Assembly: GCA_043228905.1 (NCBI GenBank)
Contig: JBHGNT010000238.1
Span: 1-46,787 of the forward strand
Direction of reading: 5' to 3'
DNA from: Azolla caroliniana
Taxonomy: Eukaryota; Plantae; Polypodiophyta
Length of the DNA stretch: 46,787 nucleotides
Part shown: piece after piece, positions 8,914 to 21,334 of the stretch
Layout of the letters: each line of letters begins with the position of its first letter
Numbering within the stretch: the stretch's first letter is position 1
Notes under the pieces: generated by a model
Seen by the model: the letters and a program-made list of their open reading frames with translations, nothing else
The model's database searches: none
What the model was told of the DNA's origin: nothing
Made by a program: the position numbers and the translations under genes

Positions 8914-9699
8914 TTAGAAGCGACGAATACAAGCACGAGGGCGAAGATCGCACTGTTGGAGTAGGCGGGAGGCGGCGACGCCTAGAGCTCTTTCCTCGTC
9001 ATCGGCCTTGAATTGGCGACGTTGTTGACGTTCGTCCTCTTGTCGTCGAGACATGCGGTGGCGGCGTTCGTCACCCTCTCGTCGCTCACGGCTGCTATCT
9101 CTCTCGCGCTCCTCGTCCTCTTCCTCCCAGCTACGGTGTTCCCTTGATTGTTGGCCATGGCGTCGGCCTTCATCATTGCGTCGTTCCTCCTCGTCAGCAT
9201 ACAAGGCATCACGTAGGCGATCGCATCGATCTTCGGCGGGGATTCGTTCGACGTTCCTGCAGCACCGTTCCGAGGGTCTTGAGTATCGAGTGTTTTCGAT
9301 CCATGGGGAGCGACGTCCTTGTTCACCTTCCTCTCTTTCGGAGCGCTCTTGTAGCTCTCGGATCTGCTTGTCGATGAAATCACCGCACTCTCGCCTCAGT
9401 TCCTCGTCACGTGGCTCATCGCGACCACGGCTACGACGTTCCCTTTCCTCTTCGGAGTCTCTCTTGTTGTCTCTGTAGCGGCGCCCCTCCTCAAGGAACC
9501 CCTCACGACGTCGCTCGCGCCTCTCGTCATCGCACTCCCCCTCTCGGCGTCGGTCGCGCCTCTCCTCGTCAATGTCTCCCTCACGACGTCGATCGCGTCG
9601 CTCCTCTTCACGGTCCCGCCCTACAGACCTAGCATTGGCCGCGGTACACGCGGCGAGCATGATCACGGCCATGAGGAATACGGAAGTAAGCTTTGCCAT
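8914..9699 (-). CDS. 2S albumin-like storage protein, copy 6
   Basis: Protein identical to copy 1. Confidence 0.82.
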   Translation of the reverse strand: MAKLTSVFLMAVIMLAACTAANARSVGRDREEERRDRRREGDIDEERRDRRREGECDDERRERRREGFLEEGRRYRDNKRDSEEERERRSRGRDEPRDEELRRECGDFIDKQIRELQERSEREEGEQGRRSPWIENTRYSRPSERCCRNVERIPAEDRCDRLRDALYADEEERRNDEGRRHGQQSREHRSWEEEDEERERDSSRERREGDERRHRMSRRQEDERQQRRQFKADDEERALGVAASRLLQQCDLRPRACIRRF

Positions 9700-10566
9700 T
9701 GCGATTGTCCTTATGATCCCGGTGCTTGTCTCCTAATGGATTGTATTGACATTGCTCCCTCCACCTTTAATATATACACATGGCCATGCAATCAGAGCAC
9801 ATGCATGTCACTCACCACTCCCATTACCATAACGTGTGTGTCCCTGCGTACAACTCTTGCCCAAGACCCATACCAACTAGTCCACCCTCCCACACGTCTA
9901 GGCTAGTCCTAGGTGTCGTATTGTCACCAGACAATCTGGGCGCAACCTGTGGCGGGTACTCCTCCTCCTCCTCGCGCGAGAGCTTGTCGAGCAACATAAC
10001 ATTTATACATACGTAGGTAGATGTGCGCACTCGCGCGTGCGCGTAGGGGTGTGCGGGCACGTGCACATTAAACTAGCACGCGCTAGTGCCGAGACACTAA
10101 GCACGCGGAGGCTACTGCGGGACGAGTGGTGGCTCCCGGAGTGTGCTACATCGATGAACGTAGATAGACCGGTGTCCGTACTCGCTCGTTCGGACGAGGG
10201 GTTGGTAACGACGACGACAAGGAAAGCTAACCGGACTACCACACTAGGAGTGTCCTATCGGGCAAGTGTGGAAGCAAGTTCACATTCGCCGCGTGTACAA
10301 GTTGACCTTAGCCGTTGCCGTGGCGTGTGCGGTATGGGTGGGTGTTCCGCTTTGATGTTTTTTTTCCGTTTGGGTGGTTTGCGGTCCCTATAGGCAAATT
10401 CTATACGTTGGTGGTCGTGTCTACGTTCGTGTTGGAGGGACGTTGGTGCTCGTGTTTACGTTCGTGTGGGTGTAATGCGCGATTGGGGAGACGCACTTGT
10501 TCGTAAACACTTACGAGAAATTAGAGAGAGACCACGAGAATAATTTGAACAAGGTTTATGTACTAT

Positions 10567-11352
10567 TTAGAAGCGACGAATACAAGCACGAGGGCGAAGA
10601 TCGCACTGTTGGAGTAGGCGGGAGGCGGCGACGCCTAGAGCTCTTTCCTCGTCATCGGCCTTGAATTGGCGACGTTGTTGACGTTCGTCCTCTTGTCGTC
10701 GAGACATGCGGTGGCGGCGTTCGTCACCCTCTCGTCGCTCACGGCTGCTATCTCTCTCGCGCTCCTCGTCCTCTTCCTCCCAGCTACGGTGTTCCCTTGA
10801 TTGTTGGCCATGGCGTCGGCCTTCATCATTGCGTCGTTCCTCCTCGTCAGCATACAAGGCATCACGTAGGCGATCGCATCGATCTTCGGCGGGGATTCGT
10901 TCGACGTTCCTGCAGCACCGTTCCGAGGGTCTTGAGTATCGAGTGTTTTCGATCCATGGGGAGCGACGTCCTTGTTCACCTTCCTCTCTTTCGGAGCGCT
11001 CTTGTAGCTCTCGGATCTGCTTGTCGATGAAATCACCGCACTCTCGCCTCAGTTCCTCGTCACGTGGCTCATCGCGACCACGGCTACGACGTTCCCTTTC
11101 CTCTTCGGAGTCTCTCTTGTTGTCTCTGTAGCGGCGCCCCTCCTCAAGGAACCCCTCACGACGTCGCTCGCGCCTCTCGTCATCGCACTCCCCCTCTCGG
11201 CGTCGGTCGCGCCTCTCCTCGTCAATGTCTCCCTCACGACGTCGATCGCGTCGCTCCTCTTCACGGTCCCGCCCTACAGACCTAGCATTGGCCGCGGTAC
11301 ACGCGGCGAGCATGATCACGGCCATGAGGAATACGGAAGTAAGCTTTGCCAT
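10567..11352 (-). CDS. 2S albumin-like storage protein, copy 7
   Basis: Protein identical to copy 1. Confidence 0.82.
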   Translation of the reverse strand: MAKLTSVFLMAVIMLAACTAANARSVGRDREEERRDRRREGDIDEERRDRRREGECDDERRERRREGFLEEGRRYRDNKRDSEEERERRSRGRDEPRDEELRRECGDFIDKQIRELQERSEREEGEQGRRSPWIENTRYSRPSERCCRNVERIPAEDRCDRLRDALYADEEERRNDEGRRHGQQSREHRSWEEEDEERERDSSRERREGDERRHRMSRRQEDERQQRRQFKADDEERALGVAASRLLQQCDLRPRACIRRF

Positions 11353-12219
11353 TGCGATTGTCCTTATGATCCCGGTGCTTGTCTCCTAATGGATTGTATT
11401 GACATTGCTCCCTCCACCTTTAATATATACACATGGCCATGCAATCAGAGCACATGCATGTCACTCACCACTCCCATTACCATAACGTGTGTGTCCCTGC
11501 GTACAACTCTTGCCCAAGACCCATACCAACTAGTCCACCCTCCCACACGTCTAGGCTAGTCCTAGGTGTCGTATTGTCACCAGACAATCTGGGCGCAACC
11601 TGTGGCGGGTACTCCTCCTCCTCCTCGCGCGAGAGCTTGTCGAGCAACATAACATTTATACATACGTAGGTAGATGTGCGCACTCGCGCGTGCGCGTAGG
11701 GGTGTGCGGGCACGTGCACATTAAACTAGCACGCGCTAGTGCCGAGACACTAAGCACGCGGAGGCTACTGCGGGACGAGTGGTGGCTCCCGGAGTGTGCT
11801 ACATCGATGAACGTAGATAGACCGGTGTCCGTACTCGCTCGTTCGGACGAGGGGTTGGTAACGACGACGACAAGGAAAGCTAACCGGACTACCACACTAG
11901 GAGTGTCCTATCGGGCAAGTGTGGAAGCAAGTTCACATTCGCCGCGTGTACAAGTTGACCTTAGCCGTTGCCGTGGCGTGTGCGGTATGGGTGGGTGTTC
12001 CGCTTTGATGTTTTTTTTCCGTTTGGGTGGTTTGCGGTCCCTATAGGCAAATTCTATACGTTGGTGGTCGTGTCTACGTTCGTGTTGGAGGGACGTTGGT
12101 GCTCGTGTTTACGTTCGTGTGGGTGTAATGCGCGATTGGGGAGACGCACTTGTTCGTAAACACTTACGAGAAATTAGAGAGAGACCACGAGAATAATTTG
12201 AACAAGGTTTATGTACTAT

Positions 12220-13005
12220 TTAGAAGCGACGAATACAAGCACGAGGGCGAAGATCGCACTGTTGGAGTAGGCGGGAGGCGGCGACGCCTAGAGCTCTTTC
12301 CTCGTCATCGGCCTTGAATTGGCGACGTTGTTGACGTTCGTCCTCTTGTCGTCGAGACATGCGGTGGCGGCGTTCGTCACCCTCTCGTCGCTCACGGCTG
12401 CTATCTCTCTCGCGCTCCTCGTCCTCTTCCTCCCAGCTACGGTGTTCCCTTGATTGTTGGCCATGGCGTCGGCCTTCATCATTGCGTCGTTCCTCCTCGT
12501 CAGCATACAAGGCATCACGTAGGCGATCGCATCGATCTTCGGCGGGGATTCGTTCGACGTTCCTGCAGCACCGTTCCGAGGGTCTTGAGTATCGAGTGTT
12601 TTCGATCCATGGGGAGCGACGTCCTTGTTCACCTTCCTCTCTTTCGGAGCGCTCTTGTAGCTCTCGGATCTGCTTGTCGATGAAATCACCGCACTCTCGC
12701 CTCAGTTCCTCGTCACGTGGCTCATCGCGACCACGGCTACGACGTTCCCTTTCCTCTTCGGAGTCTCTCTTGTTGTCTCTGTAGCGGCGCCCCTCCTCAA
12801 GGAACCCCTCACGACGTCGCTCGCGCCTCTCGTCATCGCACTCCCCCTCTCGGCGTCGGTCGCGCCTCTCCTCGTCAATGTCTCCCTCACGACGTCGATC
12901 GCGTCGCTCCTCTTCACGGTCCCGCCCTACAGACCTAGCATTGGCCGCGGTACACGCGGCGAGCATGATCACGGCCATGAGGAATACGGAAGTAAGCTTT
13001 GCCAT
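12220..13005 (-). CDS. 2S albumin-like storage protein, copy 8
   Basis: Protein identical to copy 1. Confidence 0.82.
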   Translation of the reverse strand: MAKLTSVFLMAVIMLAACTAANARSVGRDREEERRDRRREGDIDEERRDRRREGECDDERRERRREGFLEEGRRYRDNKRDSEEERERRSRGRDEPRDEELRRECGDFIDKQIRELQERSEREEGEQGRRSPWIENTRYSRPSERCCRNVERIPAEDRCDRLRDALYADEEERRNDEGRRHGQQSREHRSWEEEDEERERDSSRERREGDERRHRMSRRQEDERQQRRQFKADDEERALGVAASRLLQQCDLRPRACIRRF

Positions 13006-13872
13006 TGCGATTGTCCTTATGATCCCGGTGCTTGTCTCCTAATGGATTGTATTGACATTGCTCCCTCCACCTTTAATATATACACATGGCCATGCAATCA
13101 GAGCACATGCATGTCACTCACCACTCCCATTACCATAACGTGTGTGTCCCTGCGTACAACTCTTGCCCAAGACCCATACCAACTAGTCCACCCTCCCACA
13201 CGTCTAGGCTAGTCCTAGGTGTCGTATTGTCACCAGACAATCTGGGCGCAACCTGTGGCGGGTACTCCTCCTCCTCCTCGCGCGAGAGCTTGTCGAGCAA
13301 CATAACATTTATACATACGTAGGTAGATGTGCGCACTCGCGCGTGCGCGTAGGGGTGTGCGGGCACGTGCACATTAAACTAGCACGCGCTAGTGCCGAGA
13401 CACTAAGCACGCGGAGGCTACTGCGGGACGAGTGGTGGCTCCCGGAGTGTGCTACATCGATGAACGTAGATAGACCGGTGTCCGTACTCGCTCGTTCGGA
13501 CGAGGGGTTGGTAACGACGACGACAAGGAAAGCTAACCGGACTACCACACTAGGAGTGTCCTATCGGGCAAGTGTGGAAGCAAGTTCACATTCGCCGCGT
13601 GTACAAGTTGACCTTAGCCGTTGCCGTGGCGTGTGCGGTATGGGTGGGTGTTCCGCTTTGATGTTTTTTTTCCGTTTGGGTGGTTTGCGGTCCCTATAGG
13701 CAAATTCTATACGTTGGTGGTCGTGTCTACGTTCGTGTTGGAGGGACGTTGGTGCTCGTGTTTACGTTCGTGTGGGTGTAATGCGCGATTGGGGAGACGC
13801 ACTTGTTCGTAAACACTTACGAGAAATTAGAGAGAGACCACGAGAATAATTTGAACAAGGTTTATGTACTAT

Positions 13873-14658
13873 TTAGAAGCGACGAATACAAGCACGAGGG
13901 CGAAGATCGCACTGTTGGAGTAGGCGGGAGGCGGCGACGCCTAGAGCTCTTTCCTCGTCATCGGCCTTGAATTGGCGACGTTGTTGACGTTCGTCCTCTT
14001 GTCGTCGAGACATGCGGTGGCGGCGTTCGTCACCCTCTCGTCGCTCACGGCTGCTATCTCTCTCGCGCTCCTCGTCCTCTTCCTCCCAGCTACGGTGTTC
14101 CCTTGATTGTTGGCCATGGCGTCGGCCTTCATCATTGCGTCGTTCCTCCTCGTCAGCATACAAGGCATCACGTAGGCGATCGCATCGATCTTCGGCGGGG
14201 ATTCGTTCGACGTTCCTGCAGCACCGTTCCGAGGGTCTTGAGTATCGAGTGTTTTCGATCCATGGGGAGCGACGTCCTTGTTCACCTTCCTCTCTTTCGG
14301 AGCGCTCTTGTAGCTCTCGGATCTGCTTGTCGATGAAATCACCGCACTCTCGCCTCAGTTCCTCGTCACGTGGCTCATCGCGACCACGGCTACGACGTTC
14401 CCTTTCCTCTTCGGAGTCTCTCTTGTTGTCTCTGTAGCGGCGCCCCTCCTCAAGGAACCCCTCACGACGTCGCTCGCGCCTCTCGTCATCGCACTCCCCC
14501 TCTCGGCGTCGGTCGCGCCTCTCCTCGTCAATGTCTCCCTCACGACGTCGATCGCGTCGCTCCTCTTCACGGTCCCGCCCTACAGACCTAGCATTGGCCG
14601 CGGTACACGCGGCGAGCATGATCACGGCCATGAGGAATACGGAAGTAAGCTTTGCCAT
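13873..14658 (-). CDS. 2S albumin-like storage protein, copy 9
   Basis: Protein identical to copy 1; promoter carries a 66-bp tandem duplication. Confidence 0.82.
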   Translation of the reverse strand: MAKLTSVFLMAVIMLAACTAANARSVGRDREEERRDRRREGDIDEERRDRRREGECDDERRERRREGFLEEGRRYRDNKRDSEEERERRSRGRDEPRDEELRRECGDFIDKQIRELQERSEREEGEQGRRSPWIENTRYSRPSERCCRNVERIPAEDRCDRLRDALYADEEERRNDEGRRHGQQSREHRSWEEEDEERERDSSRERREGDERRHRMSRRQEDERQQRRQFKADDEERALGVAASRLLQQCDLRPRACIRRF

Positions 14659-14812
14659 TGCGATTGTCCTTATGATCCCGGTGCTTGTCTCCTAATGGAT
14701 TGTATTGACATTGCTCCCTCCACCTTTAATATATACACATGGCCATGCAATCAGAGCACATGCATGTCACTCACCACTCCCATTACCATAACGTGTGTGT
14801 CCCTGCGTACAA

Positions 14813-14944
14813 CTCTTGCCCAAGACCCATACCAACTAGTCCACCCTCCCACACGTCTAGGCTAGTCCTAGGTGTCGTCTCTTGCCCAAGACCCATACCA
14901 ACTAGTCCACCCTCCCACACGTCTAGGCTAGTCCTAGGTGTCGT
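14813..14944. repeat. Perfect 66-bp tandem duplication in the promoter of copy 9
   Basis: ctcttgcccaag...ggtgtcgt at 14813-14878 and 14879-14944; unit length becomes 1719. Confidence 0.93.
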
Positions 14945-15591
14945 ATTGTCACCAGACAATCTGGGCGCAACCTGTGGCGGGTACTCCTCCTCCTCCTCGC
15001 GCGAGAGCTTGTCGAGCAACATAACATTTATACATACGTAGGTAGATGTGCGCACTCGCGCGTGCGCGTAGGGGTGTGCGGGCACGTGCACATTAAACTA
15101 GCACGCGCTAGTGCCGAGACACTAAGCACGCGGAGGCTACTGCGGGACGAGTGGTGGCTCCCGGAGTGTGCTACATCGATGAACGTAGATAGACCGGTGT
15201 CCGTACTCGCTCGTTCGGACGAGGGGTTGGTAACGACGACGACAAGGAAAGCTAACCGGACTACCACACTAGGAGTGTCCTATCGGGCAAGTGTGGAAGC
15301 AAGTTCACATTCGCCGCGTGTACAAGTTGACCTTAGCCGTTGCCGTGGCGTGTGCGGTATGGGTGGGTGTTCCGCTTTGATGTTTTTTTTCCGTTTGGGT
15401 GGTTTGCGGTCCCTATAGGCAAATTCTATACGTTGGTGGTCGTGTCTACGTTCGTGTTGGAGGGACGTTGGTGCTCGTGTTTACGTTCGTGTGGGTGTAA
15501 TGCGCGATTGGGGAGACGCACTTGTTCGTAAACACTTACGAGAAATTAGAGAGAGACCACGAGAATAATTTGAACAAGGTTTATGTACTAT

Positions 15592-16377
15592 TTAGAAGCG
15601 ACGAATACAAGCACGAGGGCGAAGATCGCACTGTTGGAGTAGGCGGGAGGCGGCGACGCCTAGAGCTCTTTCCTCGTCATCGGCCTTGAATTGGCGACGT
15701 TGTTGACGTTCGTCCTCTTGTCGTCGAGACATGCGGTGGCGGCGTTCGTCACCCTCTCGTCGCTCACGGCTGCTATCTCTCTCGCGCTCCTCGTCCTCTT
15801 CCTCCCAGCTACGGTGTTCCCTTGATTGTTGGCCATGGCGTCGGCCTTCATCATTGCGTCGTTCCTCCTCGTCAGCATACAAGGCATCACGTAGGCGATC
15901 GCATCGATCTTCGGCGGGGATTCGTTCGACGTTCCTGCAGCACCGTTCCGAGGGTCTTGAGTATCGAGTGTTTTCGATCCATGGGGAGCGACGTCCTTGT
16001 TCACCTTCCTCTCTTTCGGAGCGCTCTTGTAGCTCTCGGATCTGCTTGTCGATGAAATCACCGCACTCTCGCCTCAGTTCCTCGTCACGTGGCTCATCGC
16101 GACCACGGCTACGACGTTCCCTTTCCTCTTCGGAGTCTCTCTTGTTGTCTCTGTAGCGGCGCCCCTCCTCAAGGAACCCCTCACGACGTCGCTCGCGCCT
16201 CTCGTCATCGCACTCCCCCTCTCGGCGTCGGTCGCGCCTCTCCTCGTCAATGTCTCCCTCACGACGTCGATCGCGACGCTCCTCTTCACGGTCCCGCCCT
16301 ACAGACCTAGCATTGGCCGCGGTACACGCGGCGAGCATGATCACGGCCATGAGGAATACGGAAGTAAGCTTTGCCAT
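15592..16377 (-). CDS. 2S albumin-like storage protein, copy 10
   Basis: Protein identical to copy 1; silent SNP at 16276 (Arg34 CGA>CGT). Confidence 0.82.
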   Translation of the reverse strand: MAKLTSVFLMAVIMLAACTAANARSVGRDREEERRDRRREGDIDEERRDRRREGECDDERRERRREGFLEEGRRYRDNKRDSEEERERRSRGRDEPRDEELRRECGDFIDKQIRELQERSEREEGEQGRRSPWIENTRYSRPSERCCRNVERIPAEDRCDRLRDALYADEEERRNDEGRRHGQQSREHRSWEEEDEERERDSSRERREGDERRHRMSRRQEDERQQRRQFKADDEERALGVAASRLLQQCDLRPRACIRRF

Positions 16378-17243
16378 TGCGATTGTCCTTATGATCCCGG
16401 TGCTTGTCTCCTAATGGATTGTATTGACATTGCTCCCTCCACCTTTAATATATACACATGGCCATGCAATCAGAGCACATGCATGTCACTCACCACTCCC
16501 ATTACCATAACGTGTGTGTCCCTGCGTACAACTCTTGCCCAAGACCCATACCAACTAGTCCACCCTCCCACACGTCTAGGCTAGTCCTAGGTGTCGTATT
16601 GTCACCAGACAATCTGGGCGCAACCTGTGGCGGGTACTCCTCCTCCTCCTCGCGCGAGAGCTTGTCGAGCAACATAACATTTATACATACGTAGGTAGAT
16701 GTGCGCACTCGCGCGTGCGCGTAGGGGTGTGCGGGCACGTGCACATTAAACTAGCACGCGCTAGTGCCGAGACACTAAGCACGCGGAGGCTACTGCGGGA
16801 CGAGTGGTGGCTCCCGAGTGTGCTACATCGATGAACGTAGATAGACCGGTGTCCGTACTCGCTCGTTCGGACGAGGGGTTGGTAACGACGACGACAAGGA
16901 AAGCTAACCGGACTACCACACTAGGAGTGTCCTATCGGGCAAGTGTGGAAGCAAGTTCACATTCGCCGCGTGTACAAGTTGACCTTAGCCGTTGCCGTGG
17001 CGTGTGCGGTATGGGTGGGTGTTCCGCTTTGATGTTTTTTTTCCGTTTGGGTGGTTTGCGGTCCCTATAGGCAAATTCTATACGTTGGTGGTCGTGTCTA
17101 CGTTCGTGTTGGAGGGACGTTGGTGCTCGTGTTTACGTTCGTGTGGGTGTAATGCGCGATTGGGGAGACGCACTTGTTCGTAAACACTTACGAGAAATTA
17201 GAGAGAGACCACGAGAATAATTTGAACAAGGTTTATGTACTAT

Positions 17244-18029
17244 TTAGAAGCGACGAATACAAGCACGAGGGCGAAGATCGCACTGTTGGAGTAGGCGGGA
17301 GGCGGCGACGCCTAGAGCTCTTTCCTCGTCATCGGCCTTGAATTGGCGACGTTGTTGACGTTCGTCCTCTTGTCGTCGAGACATGCGGTGGCGGCGTTCG
17401 TCACCCTCTCGTCGCTCACGGCTGCTATCTCTCTCGCGCTCCTCGTCCTCTTCCTCCCAGCTACGGTGTTCCCTTGATTGTTGGCCATGGCGTCGGCCTT
17501 CATCATTGCGTCGTTCCTCCTCGTCAGCATACAAGGCATCACGTAGGCGATCGCATCGATCTTCGGCGGGGATTCGTTCGACGTTCCTGCAGCACCGTTC
17601 CGAGGGTCTTGAGTATCGAGTGTTTTCGATCCATGGGGAGCGACGTCCTTGTTCACCTTCCTCTCTTTCGGAGCGCTCTTGTAGCTCTCGGATCTGCTTG
17701 TCGATGAAATCACCGCACTCTCGCCTCAGTTCCTCGTCACGTGGCTCATCGCGACCACGGCTACGACGTTCCCTTTCCTCTTCGGAGTCTCTCTTGTTGT
17801 CTCTGTAGCGGCGCCCCTCCTCAAGGAACCCCTCACGACGTCGCTCGCGCCTCTCGTCATCGCACTCCCGCTCTCGGCGTCGGTCGCGCCTCTCCTCGTC
17901 AATGTCTCCCTCACGACGTCGATCGCGTCGCTCCTCTTCACGGTCCCGCCCTACAGACCTAGCATTGGCCGCGGTACACGCGGCGAGCATGATCACGGCC
18001 ATGAGGAATACGGAAGTAAGCTTTGCCAT
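17244..18029 (-). CDS. 2S albumin-like storage protein, copy 11 (G54R variant)
   Basis: C>G at 17870 changes GGG to CGG (RRREGEC to RRREREC). Confidence 0.82.
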   Translation of the reverse strand: MAKLTSVFLMAVIMLAACTAANARSVGRDREEERRDRRREGDIDEERRDRRRERECDDERRERRREGFLEEGRRYRDNKRDSEEERERRSRGRDEPRDEELRRECGDFIDKQIRELQERSEREEGEQGRRSPWIENTRYSRPSERCCRNVERIPAEDRCDRLRDALYADEEERRNDEGRRHGQQSREHRSWEEEDEERERDSSRERREGDERRHRMSRRQEDERQQRRQFKADDEERALGVAASRLLQQCDLRPRACIRRF

Positions 18030-18896
18030 TGCGATTGTCCTTATGATCCCGGTGCTTGTCTCCTAATGGATTGTATTGACATTGCTCCCTCCACCTTTAA
18101 TATATACACATGGCCATGCAATCAGAGCACATGCATGTCACTCACCACTCCCATTACCATAACGTGTGTGTCCCTGCGTACAACTCTTGCCCAAGACCCA
18201 TACCAACTAGTCCACCCTCCCACACGTCTAGGCTAGTCCTAGGTGTCGTATTGTCACCAGACAATCTGGGCGCAACCTGTGGCGGGTACTCCTCCTCCTC
18301 CTCGCGCGAGAGCTTGTCGAGCAACATAACATTTATACATACGTAGGTAGATGTGCGCACTCGCGCGTGCGCGTAGGGGTGTGCGGGCACGTGCACATTA
18401 AACTAGCACGCGCTAGTGCCGAGACACTAAGCACGCGGAGGCTACTGCGGGACGAGTGGTGGCTCCCGGAGTGTGCTACATCGATGAACGTAGATAGACC
18501 GGTGTCCGTACTCGCTCGTTCGGACGAGGGGTTGGTAACGACGACGACAAGGAAAGCTAACCGGACTACCACACTAGGAGTGTCCTATCGGGCAAGTGTG
18601 GAAGCAAGTTCACATTCGCCGCGTGTACAAGTTGACCTTAGCCGTTGCCGTGGCGTGTGCGGTATGGGTGGGTGTTCCGCTTTGATGTTTTTTTTCCGTT
18701 TGGGTGGTTTGCGGTCCCTATAGGCAAATTCTATACGTTGGTGGTCGTGTCTACGTTCGTGTTGGAGGGACGTTGGTGCTCGTGTTTACGTTCGTGTGGG
18801 TGTAATGCGCGATTGGGGAGACGCACTTGTTCGTAAACACTTACGAGAAATTAGAGAGAGACCACGAGAATAATTTGAACAAGGTTTATGTACTAT

Positions 18897-19682
18897 TTAG
18901 AAGCGACGAATACAAGCACGAGGGCGAAGATCGCACTGTTGGAGTAGGCGGGAGGCGGCGACGCCTAGAGCTCTTTCCTCGTCATCGGCCTTGAATTGGC
19001 GACGTTGTTGACGTTCGTCCTCTTGTCGTCGAGACATGCGGTGGCGGCGTTCGTCACCCTCTCGTCGCTCACGGCTGCTATCTCTCTCGCGCTCCTCGTC
19101 CTCTTCCTCCCAGCTACGGTGTTCCCTTGATTGTTGGCCATGGCGTCGGCCTTCATCATTGCGTCGTTCCTCCTCGTCAGCATACAAGGCATCACGTAGG
19201 CGATCGCATCGATCTTCGGCGGGGATTCGTTCGACGTTCCTGCAGCACCGTTCCGAGGGTCTTGAGTATCGAGTGTTTTCGATCCATGGGGAGCGACGTC
19301 CTTGTTCACCTTCCTCTCTTTCGGAGCGCTCTTGTAGCTCTCGGATCTGCTTGTCGATGAAATCACCGCACTCTCGCCTCAGTTCCTCGTCACGTGGCTC
19401 ATCGCGACCACGGCTACGACGTTCCCTTTCCTCTTCGGAGTCTCTCTTGTTGTCTCTGTAGCGGCGCCCCTCCTCAAGGAACCCCTCACGACGTCGCTCG
19501 CGCCTCTCGTCATCGCACTCCCCCTCTCGGCGTCGGTCGCGCCTCTCCTCGTCAATGTCTCCCTCACGACGTCGATCGCGACGCTCCTCTTCACGGTCCC
19601 GCCCTACAGACCTAGCATTGGCCGCGGTACACGCGGCGAGCATGATCACGGCCATGAGGAATACGGAAGTAAGCTTTGCCAT
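18897..19682 (-). CDS. 2S albumin-like storage protein, copy 12
   Basis: Protein identical to copy 1; silent SNP at 19581. Confidence 0.82.
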   Translation of the reverse strand: MAKLTSVFLMAVIMLAACTAANARSVGRDREEERRDRRREGDIDEERRDRRREGECDDERRERRREGFLEEGRRYRDNKRDSEEERERRSRGRDEPRDEELRRECGDFIDKQIRELQERSEREEGEQGRRSPWIENTRYSRPSERCCRNVERIPAEDRCDRLRDALYADEEERRNDEGRRHGQQSREHRSWEEEDEERERDSSRERREGDERRHRMSRRQEDERQQRRQFKADDEERALGVAASRLLQQCDLRPRACIRRF

Positions 19683-20548
19683 TGCGATTGTCCTTATGAT
19701 CCCGGTGCTTGTCTCCTAATGGATTGTATTGACATTGCTCCCTCCACCTTTAATATATACACATGGCCATGCAATCAGAGCACATGCATGTCACTCACCA
19801 CTCCCATTACCATAACGTGTGTGTCCCTGCGTACAACTCTTGCCCAAGACCCATACCAACTAGTCCACCCTCCCACACGTCTAGGCTAGTCCTAGGTGTC
19901 GTATTGTCACCAGACAATCTGGGCGCAACCTGTGGCGGGTACTCCTCCTCCTCCTCGCGCGAGAGCTTGTCGAGCAACATAACATTTATACATACGTAGG
20001 TAGATGTGCGCACTCGCGCGTGCGCGTAGGGGTGTGCGGGCACGTGCACATTAAACTAGCACGCGCTAGTGCCGAGACACTAAGCACGCGGAGGCTACTG
20101 CGGGACGAGTGGTGGCTCCCGAGTGTGCTACATCGATGAACGTAGATAGACCGGTGTCCGTACTCGCTCGTTCGGACGAGGGGTTGGTAACGACGACGAC
20201 AAGGAAAGCTAACCGGACTACCACACTAGGAGTGTCCTATCGGGCAAGTGTGGAAGCAAGTTCACATTCGCCGCGTGTACAAGTTGACCTTAGCCGTTGC
20301 CGTGGCGTGTGCGGTATGGGTGGGTGTTCCGCTTTGATGTTTTTTTTCCGTTTGGGTGGTTTGCGGTCCCTATAGGCAAATTCTATACGTTGGTGGTCGT
20401 GTCTACGTTCGTGTTGGAGGGACGTTGGTGCTCGTGTTTACGTTCGTGTGGGTGTAATGCGCGATTGGGGAGACGCACTTGTTCGTAAACACTTACGAGA
20501 AATTAGAGAGAGACCACGAGAATAATTTGAACAAGGTTTATGTACTAT

Positions 20549-21334
20549 TTAGAAGCGACGAATACAAGCACGAGGGCGAAGATCGCACTGTTGGAGTAGG
20601 CGGGAGGCGGCGACGCCTAGAGCTCTTTCCTCGTCATCGGCCTTGAATTGGCGACGTTGTTGACGTTCGTCCTCTTGTCGTCGAGACATGCGGTGGCGGC
20701 GTTCGTCACCCTCTCGTCGCTCACGGCTGCTATCTCTCTCGCGCTCCTCGTCCTCTTCCTCCCAGCTACGGTGTTCCCTTGATTGTTGGCCATGGCGTCG
20801 GCCTTCATCATTGCGTCGTTCCTCCTCGTCAGCATACAAGGCATCACGTAGGCGATCGCATCGATCTTCGGCGGGGATTCGTTCGACGTTCCTGCAGCAC
20901 CGTTCCGAGGGTCTTGAGTATCGAGTGTTTTCGATCCATGGGGAGCGACGTCCTTGTTCACCTTCCTCTCTTTCGGAGCGCTCTTGTAGCTCTCGGATCT
21001 GCTTGTCGATGAAATCACCGCACTCTCGCCTCAGTTCCTCGTCACGTGGCTCATCGCGACCACGGCTACGACGTTCCCTTTCCTCTTCGGAGTCTCTCTT
21101 GTTGTCTCTGTAGCGGCGCCCCTCCTCAAGGAACCCCTCACGACGTCGCTCGCGCCTCTCGTCATCGCACTCCCCCTCTCGGCGTCGGTCGCGCCTCTCC
21201 TCGTCAATGTCTCCCTCACGACGTCGATCGCGACGCTCCTCTTCACGGTCCCGCCCTACAGACCTAGCATTGGCCGCGGTACACGCGGCGAGCATGATCA
21301 CGGCCATGAGGAATACGGAAGTAAGCTTTGCCAT
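20549..21334 (-). CDS. 2S albumin-like storage protein, copy 13
   Basis: Protein identical to copy 1; silent SNP at 21233. Confidence 0.82.
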   Translation of the reverse strand: MAKLTSVFLMAVIMLAACTAANARSVGRDREEERRDRRREGDIDEERRDRRREGECDDERRERRREGFLEEGRRYRDNKRDSEEERERRSRGRDEPRDEELRRECGDFIDKQIRELQERSEREEGEQGRRSPWIENTRYSRPSERCCRNVERIPAEDRCDRLRDALYADEEERRNDEGRRHGQQSREHRSWEEEDEERERDSSRERREGDERRHRMSRRQEDERQQRRQFKADDEERALGVAASRLLQQCDLRPRACIRRF

